DNA of 64,000 nucleotides, taken from the NCBI GenBank assembly GCA_963825055.1, contig CAWGSK010000030.1:1-64000 (forward strand). Direction: 5' to 3'. The notes beneath the pieces were generated by a model, which saw nothing but the letters and a program-made list of their open reading frames with translations, had not been told where the DNA came from and searched no databases. Source of the DNA: an uncultured Gemmatimonadales bacterium. GTDB lineage: Bacteria > Gemmatimonadota > Gemmatimonadetes > Gemmatimonadales > GWC2-71-9. The position numbers and the translations under genes are program-made. This document shows positions 19,667 through 27,964 of this stretch, in pieces (position 1 is the stretch's first letter; the number at the start of each line of letters is the position of its first letter).

Positions 19667-21568
19667 ATGCAGGCCTCCGCAGATTCCACCCGGCTCTACC
19701 GTCGCATCGCCTGGACCGGTGCCTGGCTCGCCTTCGGCCTGATTGTGCTCGGGGGCGTCGTCCGCATCACCGGCTCAGGTATGGGCTGCGGCGACCACTG
19801 GCCGAAATGCAACGGCCACTGGTTCCCGCCCTTCGATGACATCACGACGGTCATCGAATGGGGACACCGGTGGGTCGCGGCCCTCCTGAGTACCGTGGTC
19901 ATCGGCTTCGCGGCGTGGGGCGGCTGGCGTTACCGCGGCACCCCTGCACTCGGGGGCCCCGCTCTCCTGGCCGGCGTGCTGCTCGTGGTCCAGGTCCTGC
20001 TCGGGCCGGTCATCGTCAAGCTGGACCTGCCACGCCCCGTCGTGGTGGTCCACCTCCTCAATGCCATGGCCCTGCTCGCCGTCCTGATGGTCGCTGGACT
20101 GCGCGCCGCTCCGGGCGGCCCCGGCCCCCGCCGAAGCCCCTTCGACGGCCGCGGACTCGGGGCGACCCTGGCCCTGCTGGGGCTGGTCACCCTGTTCTTC
20201 GGCGCGATGACCGCCAATTACAACGCCGGACTGCTCTGCCTCGGCTTCCCGCTCTGCAACGGGAGCCTGGCCCCCCCGGCCAGTGAGCTGGCGGGCATCC
20301 ACTGGACCCATCGGATGCTGGCTTTCACATTCGCCATCCTGGCTCTCGTTTTCGCCGCCAGGGTATCCAGGCTTCCCGCCCCTGCGTTCCGGTCACTTCG
20401 GCGCTCAGCGTGGCTCCTCGTGGCCCTCACGGCCGCCCAGATCGGCATTGCCGCCGCGATGGTCCTGCGCCTGCTGCCCCCTACGCTCCGCGCCCTGCAC
20501 CTCATGGCGGGCACCGCCGTCTGGATGGGTCTCGTTCTCCTGGTATACCGGATTCTCCGAACAAGCGCCGAAGAAACACCTGAGATAGTTCGGGAGACGG
20601 AACCGGCCGTGGCGGGACAGGGCCTGTTCCGCGACCTGGTCTCCCTGACCAAGCCCCGGATCATCTCTCTGCTGCTGGTGACCACCCTGGCCCCCATGTT
20701 TATCACGGGCGCGGGCCTGCCCTCGGCGGCACTGGTCCTCTGGGTGGTGATTGGCGGCTACCTGATGGCGGGGGGCGCCAACGCCATCAACATGTGGTTC
20801 GACCGGGACATCGACACCCGGATGAGCCGGACGAAACTCCGGCCCATCCCTTCGGGCCGTCTCTCGCCCGGCTTCGTGCTGGGCTTCGGTACCGGGCTCG
20901 GGGCGGCGGCGTTCGGGATTTTCTATTTCCTGGTGAACCCGCTGGCCGCCTGGCTGGCCCTGGGCGGGCTGCTCTTCTACGTCCTGGTCTATACGATGTG
21001 GCTCAAGCGCTCGAGCCCGCAGAACATCGTCATCGGCGGGGCTGCGGGCGCCTTTCCTCCCCTTGTCGGCTGGACCGCGGTCACCGGGCACCTGGATCTG
21101 CCGGCGCTGTACCTCTTTGCCATCGTGTTCTACTGGACCCCACCCCACTTCTGGGCGCTGGCCCTCATCAAGCAGAAGGAGTATGCCAACGCGCGCATTC
21201 CCATGATGCCTGTCGTCAGGGGCGAGCGGCAGACCAAGATCCAGATGCTGGGCTACACCCTGATGCTGATCCCGCTCACAGTGCTGCCCTGGCTCTCGGG
21301 CACGCTGGGCTGGGTCTACCTGGCGGCGGCCCTGCTGCTGGGCGCGCGCCTGCTGTGGTACTGCCTGAAGCTGCTCCGCGAAGAGTCCGTCACGCCGACT
21401 GCCTGGAAAATGTACAAGTACTCCCTGGCCTACCTCTTCCTGCTGTTCGCGGCGATGGGCGTGGACCGCGCCATCCCGCTGGACCATCCTTTCCAGCCCA
21501 CGCCGGTCATGATCCTCAAGATGGAACCGACAGCCCCGTCGCCGGCCATCACCCACACGCACAACTGA
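19667..21568 (+). CDS. Fused heme A synthase (CtaA/Cox15) + heme O synthase (CtaB/CyoE)
   Basis: N-half: GSGMGCGDHWPKCNG, EWGHR, LCLGFPLCNG, HWTHR; C-half: LTKPRI, DRDIDTRMSRTKLRPIPSG, NIVIGGAAGAFPPLVGW, WTPPHFWALA; start at 19667 (GGAG upstream) or 19652. Confidence 0.92.
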   Translation: MQASADSTRLYRRIAWTGAWLAFGLIVLGGVVRITGSGMGCGDHWPKCNGHWFPPFDDITTVIEWGHRWVAALLSTVVIGFAAWGGWRYRGTPALGGPALLAGVLLVVQVLLGPVIVKLDLPRPVVVVHLLNAMALLAVLMVAGLRAAPGGPGPRRSPFDGRGLGATLALLGLVTLFFGAMTANYNAGLLCLGFPLCNGSLAPPASELAGIHWTHRMLAFTFAILALVFAARVSRLPAPAFRSLRRSAWLLVALTAAQIGIAAAMVLRLLPPTLRALHLMAGTAVWMGLVLLVYRILRTSAEETPEIVRETEPAVAGQGLFRDLVSLTKPRIISLLLVTTLAPMFITGAGLPSAALVLWVVIGGYLMAGGANAINMWFDRDIDTRMSRTKLRPIPSGRLSPGFVLGFGTGLGAAAFGIFYFLVNPLAAWLALGGLLFYVLVYTMWLKRSSPQNIVIGGAAGAFPPLVGWTAVTGHLDLPALYLFAIVFYWTPPHFWALALIKQKEYANARIPMMPVVRGERQTKIQMLGYTLMLIPLTVLPWLSGTLGWVYLAAALLLGARLLWYCLKLLREESVTPTAWKMYKYSLAYLFLLFAAMGVDRAIPLDHPFQPTPVMILKMEPTAPSPAITHTHN

Positions 21569-21598
21569 GCCACCGACCCGCCGCCGTCCGGGGCCTGC

Positions 21599-23409
21599 AT
21601 GGCTGACGCGCCGGCCCGTTTCCGGGTTCCTCCCCCCACCGAGCTCGGCCGGCTCTGGCCCAGGGTGCGCCCGTACCGCTGGAGCCTGGCTCTCGCCGCG
21701 CTCGCCCTGGTCGTCAGCGCGGCGATCGGCCTGGCCTTCCCCCTTATCGTGGGCAAGCTGCTGGATGCGGCATTCCTCGACCGGGGCCGTGAGATTCTCG
21801 ACCGGATCGCCCTCGGCCTGGTCGGGCTCTTCGCCGTCCAGGCCCTGCTGAATTACGCCCAGACGTACCTGCTGAGTGCCACCGGCGAGCGGGCGGTCGC
21901 CGGACTCCGCCGCGAGTTGTTCGGGAAGCTGCTGGAGATGCCACCAGGCTTCTTCGCCGAGCGCCGGACCGGCGAACTCACCAGCAGGCTCACGACCGAC
22001 GTGGCGCAGCTCCAGGGCGTCATGAGCCACCAGATTGCCGAATTCAGCCGGCAGGCACTCTCGCTGGTGGGGGGGTAGTCCTCCTCTCCCTGCTCCAGCC
22101 GCGACTCACGTTCACGGCGCTTCTGGTCGTGCCCTTCGTGGTGTTCTCGGCCATCTTCTTCGGCCGTCGGCTCCGTTCCATCAGCACCGGGGTGCAGGAC
22201 CAGGTCGCCTCGGCTACCGCGATGGCGGACGAGGCGTTCAGCCAGATCCGGACGGTCCAGAGCTTCGTGCAGGAGCCCGCGGAGCGGCAGCGGTACGGAG
22301 ATCGTGTCGCGGCGATTGTCGAGCGAGCCCTCAAGCGGGCCCATGTCCGTGGCGTGTTCTTCGGCGTGATCACCTTCGCCACATTCGTGGGGGTCGTGAT
22401 CGTGCTCTGGCAGGGCGGACTGCTGGTGCTGGCCGGGAAGCTGACGGCAGGGACGCTGGTCGCGTTCCTCCTGTACACGATCTACATCGCGGCAGCCATC
22501 GGGTCGCTGGCGTCCTTCTTCAGTCAATACCAGGAATCGGTCGGGGCCGCGCGGCGGGTGTTCGAGATCCTCGAGGGCCCGGTTGCGATCGCCGACCCGG
22601 TGGAACCTGTGGCCCTGCCTTCGCCGGTGCGGGGCCGGGTCACATTCGAGCAGGTCTCGTTCACGTACCCTGGTGGCGTGGAGGCGCCCGGAATCATCCC
22701 GCCTCCCACCGTCCGGGATATAACCATTCGGGTCGAGGCGGGCGAGACCGTCGCCATCGTGGGCCCTTCGGGCGCCGGGAAGACGACACTGGTCTCCCTC
22801 CTCCCCCGGTTCTGGGACGTGACCGCCGGCCGGATCCTGCTGGACGGGGTCGACATCCGCCAGTTGCGCCTGGCCGACCTGCGCCGGGCTATCGGTCTGG
22901 TCCCCCAGGAACCGGCGCTCTTCAGCGGCACCATCGAAGAGAACGTCGCCTATGCCAGGCCGGACGCCTCGGCGGACGAGGTGGAGCAGGCCGCGCGGAT
23001 CGCGCATGCCCACGAGTTCATCGAGCGTTTCCCTGAGGGGTATGCGACCCTGGTGGGCGAGCGGGGTGTCAAGCTTTCCGGCGGCCAGCGGCAGCGGGTC
23101 GCCATCGCGCGGGCTGTGCTCAAGGACCCGGCCGTTCTCATACTGGACGAGGCCACGAGCAGCCTGGACAACGAGAGCGAGCGGCTGATCGAGGCCGCGC
23201 TGGAGAAGCTGCTCGTGGGAAGGACAACGTTCATCATCGCGCACCGGCTGAGCACGGTGCAGCGGGCCGACCGGCTGCTGGTCATGAACTACGGCCGGAT
23301 CGTGGAGGAGGGGACGCACGAGGAACTCCTGGCGCTGGGCGGGCTGTACGCCCGGCTCTACCAGAGGCAATTTCGGGAGGAGTTCCGCGAGACACCGCCC
23401 GGGCCCTGA
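21599..23409 (+). pseudogene. MsbA-like ABC exporter (TMD+NBD) interrupted by a 1-nt frameshift in a G7 run (pseudogene or sequencing error)
   Basis: ORF 21599-22078 (FFAERRTGELTSRL) and ORF ending 23409 (GPSGAGKTT, LSGGQRQR, DEATSSLD, IAHRLSTV) join into ~603 aa if one G is added at 22069-22075. Confidence 0.85.
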
Positions 23410-23466
23410 CTGCCGGGACGGGACCTTCGCCTCCGAGCCACCAGTGGGTCGACGTGCGGAGGAGCA

Positions 23467-23528
23467 AACCCTGCAACAGCAGTGCCCCCCGCCGCGACTG
23501 CGACGGGGGGCACTGTTGTTACAGGGTT
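23467..23528. terminator. Long hairpin / probable bidirectional terminator
   Basis: 29-bp arms with 3 mismatches, 4-nt loop (AACCCTGcAACAgCAGTGCCCCCCGcCGC-gact-...), between convergent genes. Confidence 0.7.
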
Positions 23529-23538
23529 ACCGACTGAC

Positions 23539-25170
23539 CTACTGTGCGTGCATGGTCAGTTTGATCACACCGGGGTTCGGGTCGAAGAGTATGACGGCCA
23601 GCAGGTAATCTCCGGGGGTCAGCGCAACCGTCGTAGTCTCCGGTTGGCCGTTGCCGTTGGCGCCCCCGGTGTGGCCGAAGGAGTCGGCACCGGAATCGAG
23701 AATGTTGTTGAATCCGGAGTCGATGACGTAGAGCCCGAGGTCTCCGTCACTGCTCCATTCGAGCGTCATGTCATACGTGGTGTTCGCCGGGACGGTGATC
23801 CGGTAGAACCGCGAGTCGTTTGCCGCGAACGTACCCCCACCGAACCCGCCACCGTCATAAGTCACGTTGGTATTGCCCGACGTCGGGAGCGGAAGGAACG
23901 AGGCGTTGAACGGGTCGTCCGTGTTCAGGAACGGAGAGGCGGCCGCGGTGATAAGCTGGGTCGCGTCGAGGGACAGTACGAATGGCCCAACGACGACGCC
24001 ATCAATGGTCGGACGGCCAACTGATCCCGGCGGCGCAACGAACGTGACCGTCGTGCTGTCCGTCGACACGTTCGTGATGTAGCTGTTGAGCCCCCCGAAC
24101 GACACATTGACGGAAGCCGGATCGAGCACGAAACCGGGGTCCGCCGTCATCGTGACCGTGGCGCCCGCGGCTGGGTTCGTGGCGGAGAAGGTTACCGGTG
24201 CATTCGGGACGACCGGAGACTTCACGCGCGTCGAGTCCGTGAGGTTGAACGCGAACAGGGGTGATCCGGTGGCAATGACACCGTTGATGGTGATGGGCGC
24301 GTCCGTGTTCGGCGGCACCAGCACGCTCAGCATTGTGCTGTCGGCGCTGATACCCACCAGAATCGCGGAACTGTCGGCCGCAAAGTTCACGGTGGCGGAC
24401 GGGAGGATCCGCAGCCCCGACGGCACCGTCAGGACGACCGTATCCGAGCTCGTCGGGGTGGTCGTGTTATAGGTGGCGCCGAGCTTTCCAAAGCCTTCGG
24501 TCGTGAGCGAGAGTGAGGTCGGCACCGAGAACTGCTGCCCGGGCAGGTAGCCAACTACCACGTCGTTCAGGGTCACGGGGCCGGAGACTCCGGGAGGCGG
24601 CACGAAGGTAATCTGCGTGCTGTCGGCCGACACCCCGATGAGAATCGGGCTTGCGACGCCACCCGCGAGCGTCACGGTCGACGTGGAGGTGAACGTTATG
24701 CCTGCCGGCAGGGTGATCGTGACCGTGTCCCCGTTGGTCGGCGTCGTCGCGGACAGGGCAGCCACGATCTTGGACGGGACAATATTCACGTCCACGGTGA
24801 CCGACTTGCCTGCCGCATCTACGTCAAACGAACCCGAGACAAACGTGGAGGAGTCCTGTCCCTTCACGAAGAACCGGGCACGGGTCTTGAGGTTGTCGCC
24901 GCCGATCACAAGGCCGTACCCGGTGTCCTGGTTCACGACGAGGCCGGCGGTCTTATTGCTGATGGTGAATTCGGCCTCGTTCTGGTTCCCGAGATCGTTC
25001 ACCGCTTCCACGACGACCGCTTCACTGTCCACGTTGCTCACGAAGACGATCTGCGGGGTCGCCTTGATGCTGGCGATGGTATCCAGGTTTGTGTCGAAGG
25101 CATTCCCTCCGCACGCCCAGATCCCGCCGGCCACGGCGACCAGGATCGAACCACGTACCAAACGGTTCAT
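23539..25170 (-). CDS. Surface lipoprotein with three tandem Ig/IPT-like repeats and C-terminal PPC-like domain
   Basis: Lipobox IWAC; repeats ..TTPTxxDTVxxTxPxG..(V/I)SADST..(F/V)xxPP x3; C-term FYRITVP..DLGLYV..E..LTPGDY; RBS GAGGTG. Confidence 0.75.
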   Translation of the reverse strand: MNRLVRGSILVAVAGGIWACGGNAFDTNLDTIASIKATPQIVFVSNVDSEAVVVEAVNDLGNQNEAEFTISNKTAGLVVNQDTGYGLVIGGDNLKTRARFFVKGQDSSTFVSGSFDVDAAGKSVTVDVNIVPSKIVAALSATTPTNGDTVTITLPAGITFTSTSTVTLAGGVASPILIGVSADSTQITFVPPPGVSGPVTLNDVVVGYLPGQQFSVPTSLSLTTEGFGKLGATYNTTTPTSSDTVVLTVPSGLRILPSATVNFAADSSAILVGISADSTMLSVLVPPNTDAPITINGVIATGSPLFAFNLTDSTRVKSPVVPNAPVTFSATNPAAGATVTMTADPGFVLDPASVNVSFGGLNSYITNVSTDSTTVTFVAPPGSVGRPTIDGVVVGPFVLSLDATQLITAAASPFLNTDDPFNASFLPLPTSGNTNVTYDGGGFGGGTFAANDSRFYRITVPANTTYDMTLEWSSDGDLGLYVIDSGFNNILDSGADSFGHTGGANGNGQPETTTVALTPGDYLLAVILFDPNPGVIKLTMHAQ

Positions 25171-25269
25171 ACTGTGCACCTCATTCCTGAGAGATGGTGA
25201 GTAGCTTCCGCGAATGTACACCCTGATCCGGCCCCACACCAGAACCGGAGGACCCACAGTGTCCGGATC

Positions 25270-26706
25270 TCAATTGCTCGGCGCGTAGCCGGTGTAGAAG
25301 TCGACACCCAGGAACTGTCCGATGTCCCGAACCGCGTCTTCCCCGAGCACATCCCGCCAGCTCGGCAGTCCGCGGTACTGGAGGTCGTTGGACTGGAGGA
25401 GCACGTAGTTGCCGAGCCCCGTCCGGTCCGCGAACACGAAGTACCTGTCCCGACCCCGCGTGTATCTCCAGACTTCGTACGTCGGGGCAACACCCGACCG
25501 GACCCGCTCCAGCGTCTCATCCGGCTTGCCGTAAACGGCCCAGATTTCCCCCCTGGGGGTTTTCCATCCCGGGCGGTTTGAGCGGCCGGGCTCGCCGAAC
25601 TTCTGGTTCGCGTAGGCGACGGTAGCGTAGAACTGCTCCCGCGCCTCGTTCCGCGAGGTCGAGGAATCAGGGTCGCGCTTCTTCCAGAACTGGGTGAGGA
25701 AGTTCCGCTTGGCCGCAGTAGACAGATCTCCGCTGTACGGCTTCAGCTCCCCACTCTGCGCGATAAACGTCAGTGGCTCCTCGTACACGTCGAGCGAATC
25801 CGCCTCCATGGTGGCGAAGAACCCTTCGTCCGTCACCCGCACGGCCGCGCGACGCTCCGCCTCCTGGGCCACTGCCTCCTGCAACCCCTGCATGCTGAAC
25901 CCGGCGGACCGCATCACGGTGTCTTCCGGCATCTCGAGGGTTACATCCAGGCGGTACTGCCCTCCCGGCAACCCTTCGAGGTCCACATCGCCGAGGAGGA
26001 TCCCTCCTCCCGCGGCCAGCTGGACCGGCCGCGGCGGCCGCTCCAGATACACCTTTCCGTCCGTGCCCAGCACTGAAACCTTCATCATTCCGGAGGCCGG
26101 CGTGTCACTGTAGGCCTCAAGGAAGTAATACAGGCTCGCGTGGAAGGGGGTCAGGCGAAGGTCGGCAATCGACGTGATCATCAACTGTCCTGCCCGCCAC
26201 TCGGAGCCTGAAGGCATCGAGTCCCCGGTCACGGCGCGGATCTGCGGCGACAGCAGCAGGTCCGATGCGAGCGGCTCGTCTGCATACCCCCGGATCTGCC
26301 GCACCGCCCGGCTGGTTCGGCCCGAGACCGAATCCTCCACCGTGACTTCCAGCTCGTACTGCCCGGGCAACACGTGGAACTCCATCATGTTGACCGTGAA
26401 CGCCCCGGGCTCGCGGAGGTCGGCCCGCACATGCTGCTGCGGCCAGGAGTCCTCGAGAAGCTTGAGCCCGCTGGAGTCCCGTACCACGAAGGCAATGCGG
26501 TAACTCATGATGCCGTCAGGCCCCATGACCGTCGGCTGCATCAGGTCCAGCGGGACCTGCACGAAGGCGCGAACCTTCGTCTGGTTGCCGTCCGCCCGGT
26601 AGAACCGTACCGCCCGCACCGCCACACCACTGTCGGCCTGCGCCGACACGGGGGCCGGCGCCAGGGCCAGGGCCGCTGCCAGCGCGGCGAGAGTCAATCC
26701 TGCCAT
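25270..26706 (-). CDS. GWxTD-domain protein with two N-terminal Ig-like domains
   Basis: Signal peptide PVSA-Q; PGQYELEVTVEDSVSG, GQYRLDV; FLTQFWKKRDP..NEAREQFY..YANQKF..PGWKTPRGEIWAVYGKPD..YEVWRY..FVFAD..GNY. Confidence 0.85.
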   Translation of the reverse strand: MAGLTLAALAAALALAPAPVSAQADSGVAVRAVRFYRADGNQTKVRAFVQVPLDLMQPTVMGPDGIMSYRIAFVVRDSSGLKLLEDSWPQQHVRADLREPGAFTVNMMEFHVLPGQYELEVTVEDSVSGRTSRAVRQIRGYADEPLASDLLLSPQIRAVTGDSMPSGSEWRAGQLMITSIADLRLTPFHASLYYFLEAYSDTPASGMMKVSVLGTDGKVYLERPPRPVQLAAGGGILLGDVDLEGLPGGQYRLDVTLEMPEDTVMRSAGFSMQGLQEAVAQEAERRAAVRVTDEGFFATMEADSLDVYEEPLTFIAQSGELKPYSGDLSTAAKRNFLTQFWKKRDPDSSTSRNEAREQFYATVAYANQKFGEPGRSNRPGWKTPRGEIWAVYGKPDETLERVRSGVAPTYEVWRYTRGRDRYFVFADRTGLGNYVLLQSNDLQYRGLPSWRDVLGEDAVRDIGQFLGVDFYTGYAPSN

Positions 26707-26770
26707 GCCACCTCTTGATGTGCCCGGACAGGAATCCTGCCCCGACCGGGCCGCATCCATGCTTCGAAAG

Positions 26771-27892
26771 TTACCAGCCGATATTGAAGCTGAAGAAGTT
26801 GGTCGAGCCGAGCACGCCCATGTACTTCCAGGCGTAGTCCACGCCCAGGCGGAAGTTGCCCGTCTGGTAGTTCAGCCCGCCGCCGAACGCCAGGCCCTGG
26901 AGGTTTTCCTCGTCCAGCAGCGCCGTCGACGACAGGCTGGCCGGCTCCAGGTTGTTCGCCGGGTTGTACGAGTAGCTCCCCCGCAGGGCGACCCCGAAGG
27001 CGCTGCCCCCCAGCTGGTCCAGCATCCACTCCGCCCCGGCCGAGAAGCCCGCCGAGTTGTTGTTCGGCTGGTTGAAGTCACTCAGCACCGTCAGCCGGTT
27101 CGACGCCCCCGTCAGGAGGTCGTACGCCAGCCCCACCCGGAACGTCGTTGGCAGCGGGAAGCCCTTCGTCCGCAGCCGCGCCGGCTGGTCCAGGCTCGGC
27201 ACCGGGTCCTCGCCCGGCAGCGGATCCCGCGCCGAGCCCGTGTTCAGCGCGTCCCCGCTGTAGCTCAGGTCCGTGCCCAGGTTCGCCAGCACGAACGAGA
27301 ACTTCACCGGGTGGTTGTTCAGCATCGCGTGGAAGTTCGTCCCGAAGTCCACCGCAAACGCCGACCCGTTCGCATCGCCCAGGTTGTCCGAGACGAACTT
27401 CGCCGTGATGCCCGCACTGAAGCGGTCCGAGAAGTTCTCCGCGTACGTCAGGCCCGCGAACGTCTCATTCACCGAGTACACCGACCCCGTGCCTTCCGGC
27501 TGGTCCACCGTGTACACCGGCTGGTCATTGAACCCGAACGTCCCCAGCTGGAGCCCGAACGTCCGGGCCCCGTTGCCGAACGGGAACGCAATCCCGCCCC
27601 ACGTGTACCGGGTCCCGGCCACGTAGTCATACGTCCCCAGCATCGCCCCCGGCCGCGCCATCAGCGCCGCGCCGGCGGGATTGTAGTACAGGGCACTCAC
27701 GTCGCTGGCGATCGCCGAATAGGCTCCGCCCAGCGCCGTGCCCCGCGCCCCGGCTCCCAGCAGCAGAAACTCCGCCGCCGTCGTGCCATAGGGCGTGTTG
27801 TCCTGGTTGACGTCCTGCGCCAGCCCCACGGCCGGCAGCCCGCTCAGCAGGGCGCCTACCACCAACCACCGCTTCAGGGAAAAGTCACGCAT
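26771..27892 (-). CDS. porV: PorV/PorQ-family (FadL-like) outer-membrane barrel
   Basis: Signal peptide VGLA-Q; GTTAAEFLLLGAGARGTALGGAYSAIASDVSALYYNPAG, AVDFGT, NLGTDL, LPTTFRVGLAY, DYA, terminal FSFNIGW. Confidence 0.85.
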   Translation of the reverse strand: MRDFSLKRWLVVGALLSGLPAVGLAQDVNQDNTPYGTTAAEFLLLGAGARGTALGGAYSAIASDVSALYYNPAGAALMARPGAMLGTYDYVAGTRYTWGGIAFPFGNGARTFGLQLGTFGFNDQPVYTVDQPEGTGSVYSVNETFAGLTYAENFSDRFSAGITAKFVSDNLGDANGSAFAVDFGTNFHAMLNNHPVKFSFVLANLGTDLSYSGDALNTGSARDPLPGEDPVPSLDQPARLRTKGFPLPTTFRVGLAYDLLTGASNRLTVLSDFNQPNNNSAGFSAGAEWMLDQLGGSAFGVALRGSYSYNPANNLEPASLSSTALLDEENLQGLAFGGGLNYQTGNFRLGVDYAWKYMGVLGSTNFFSFNIGW

Positions 27893-27964
27893 TGAATCTC
27901 ACCTCTCCTGGATGGGGAGGACGGGGCCACCACCGTGGCCGCCCCGCCCCCCTTGGTCCCTGGC

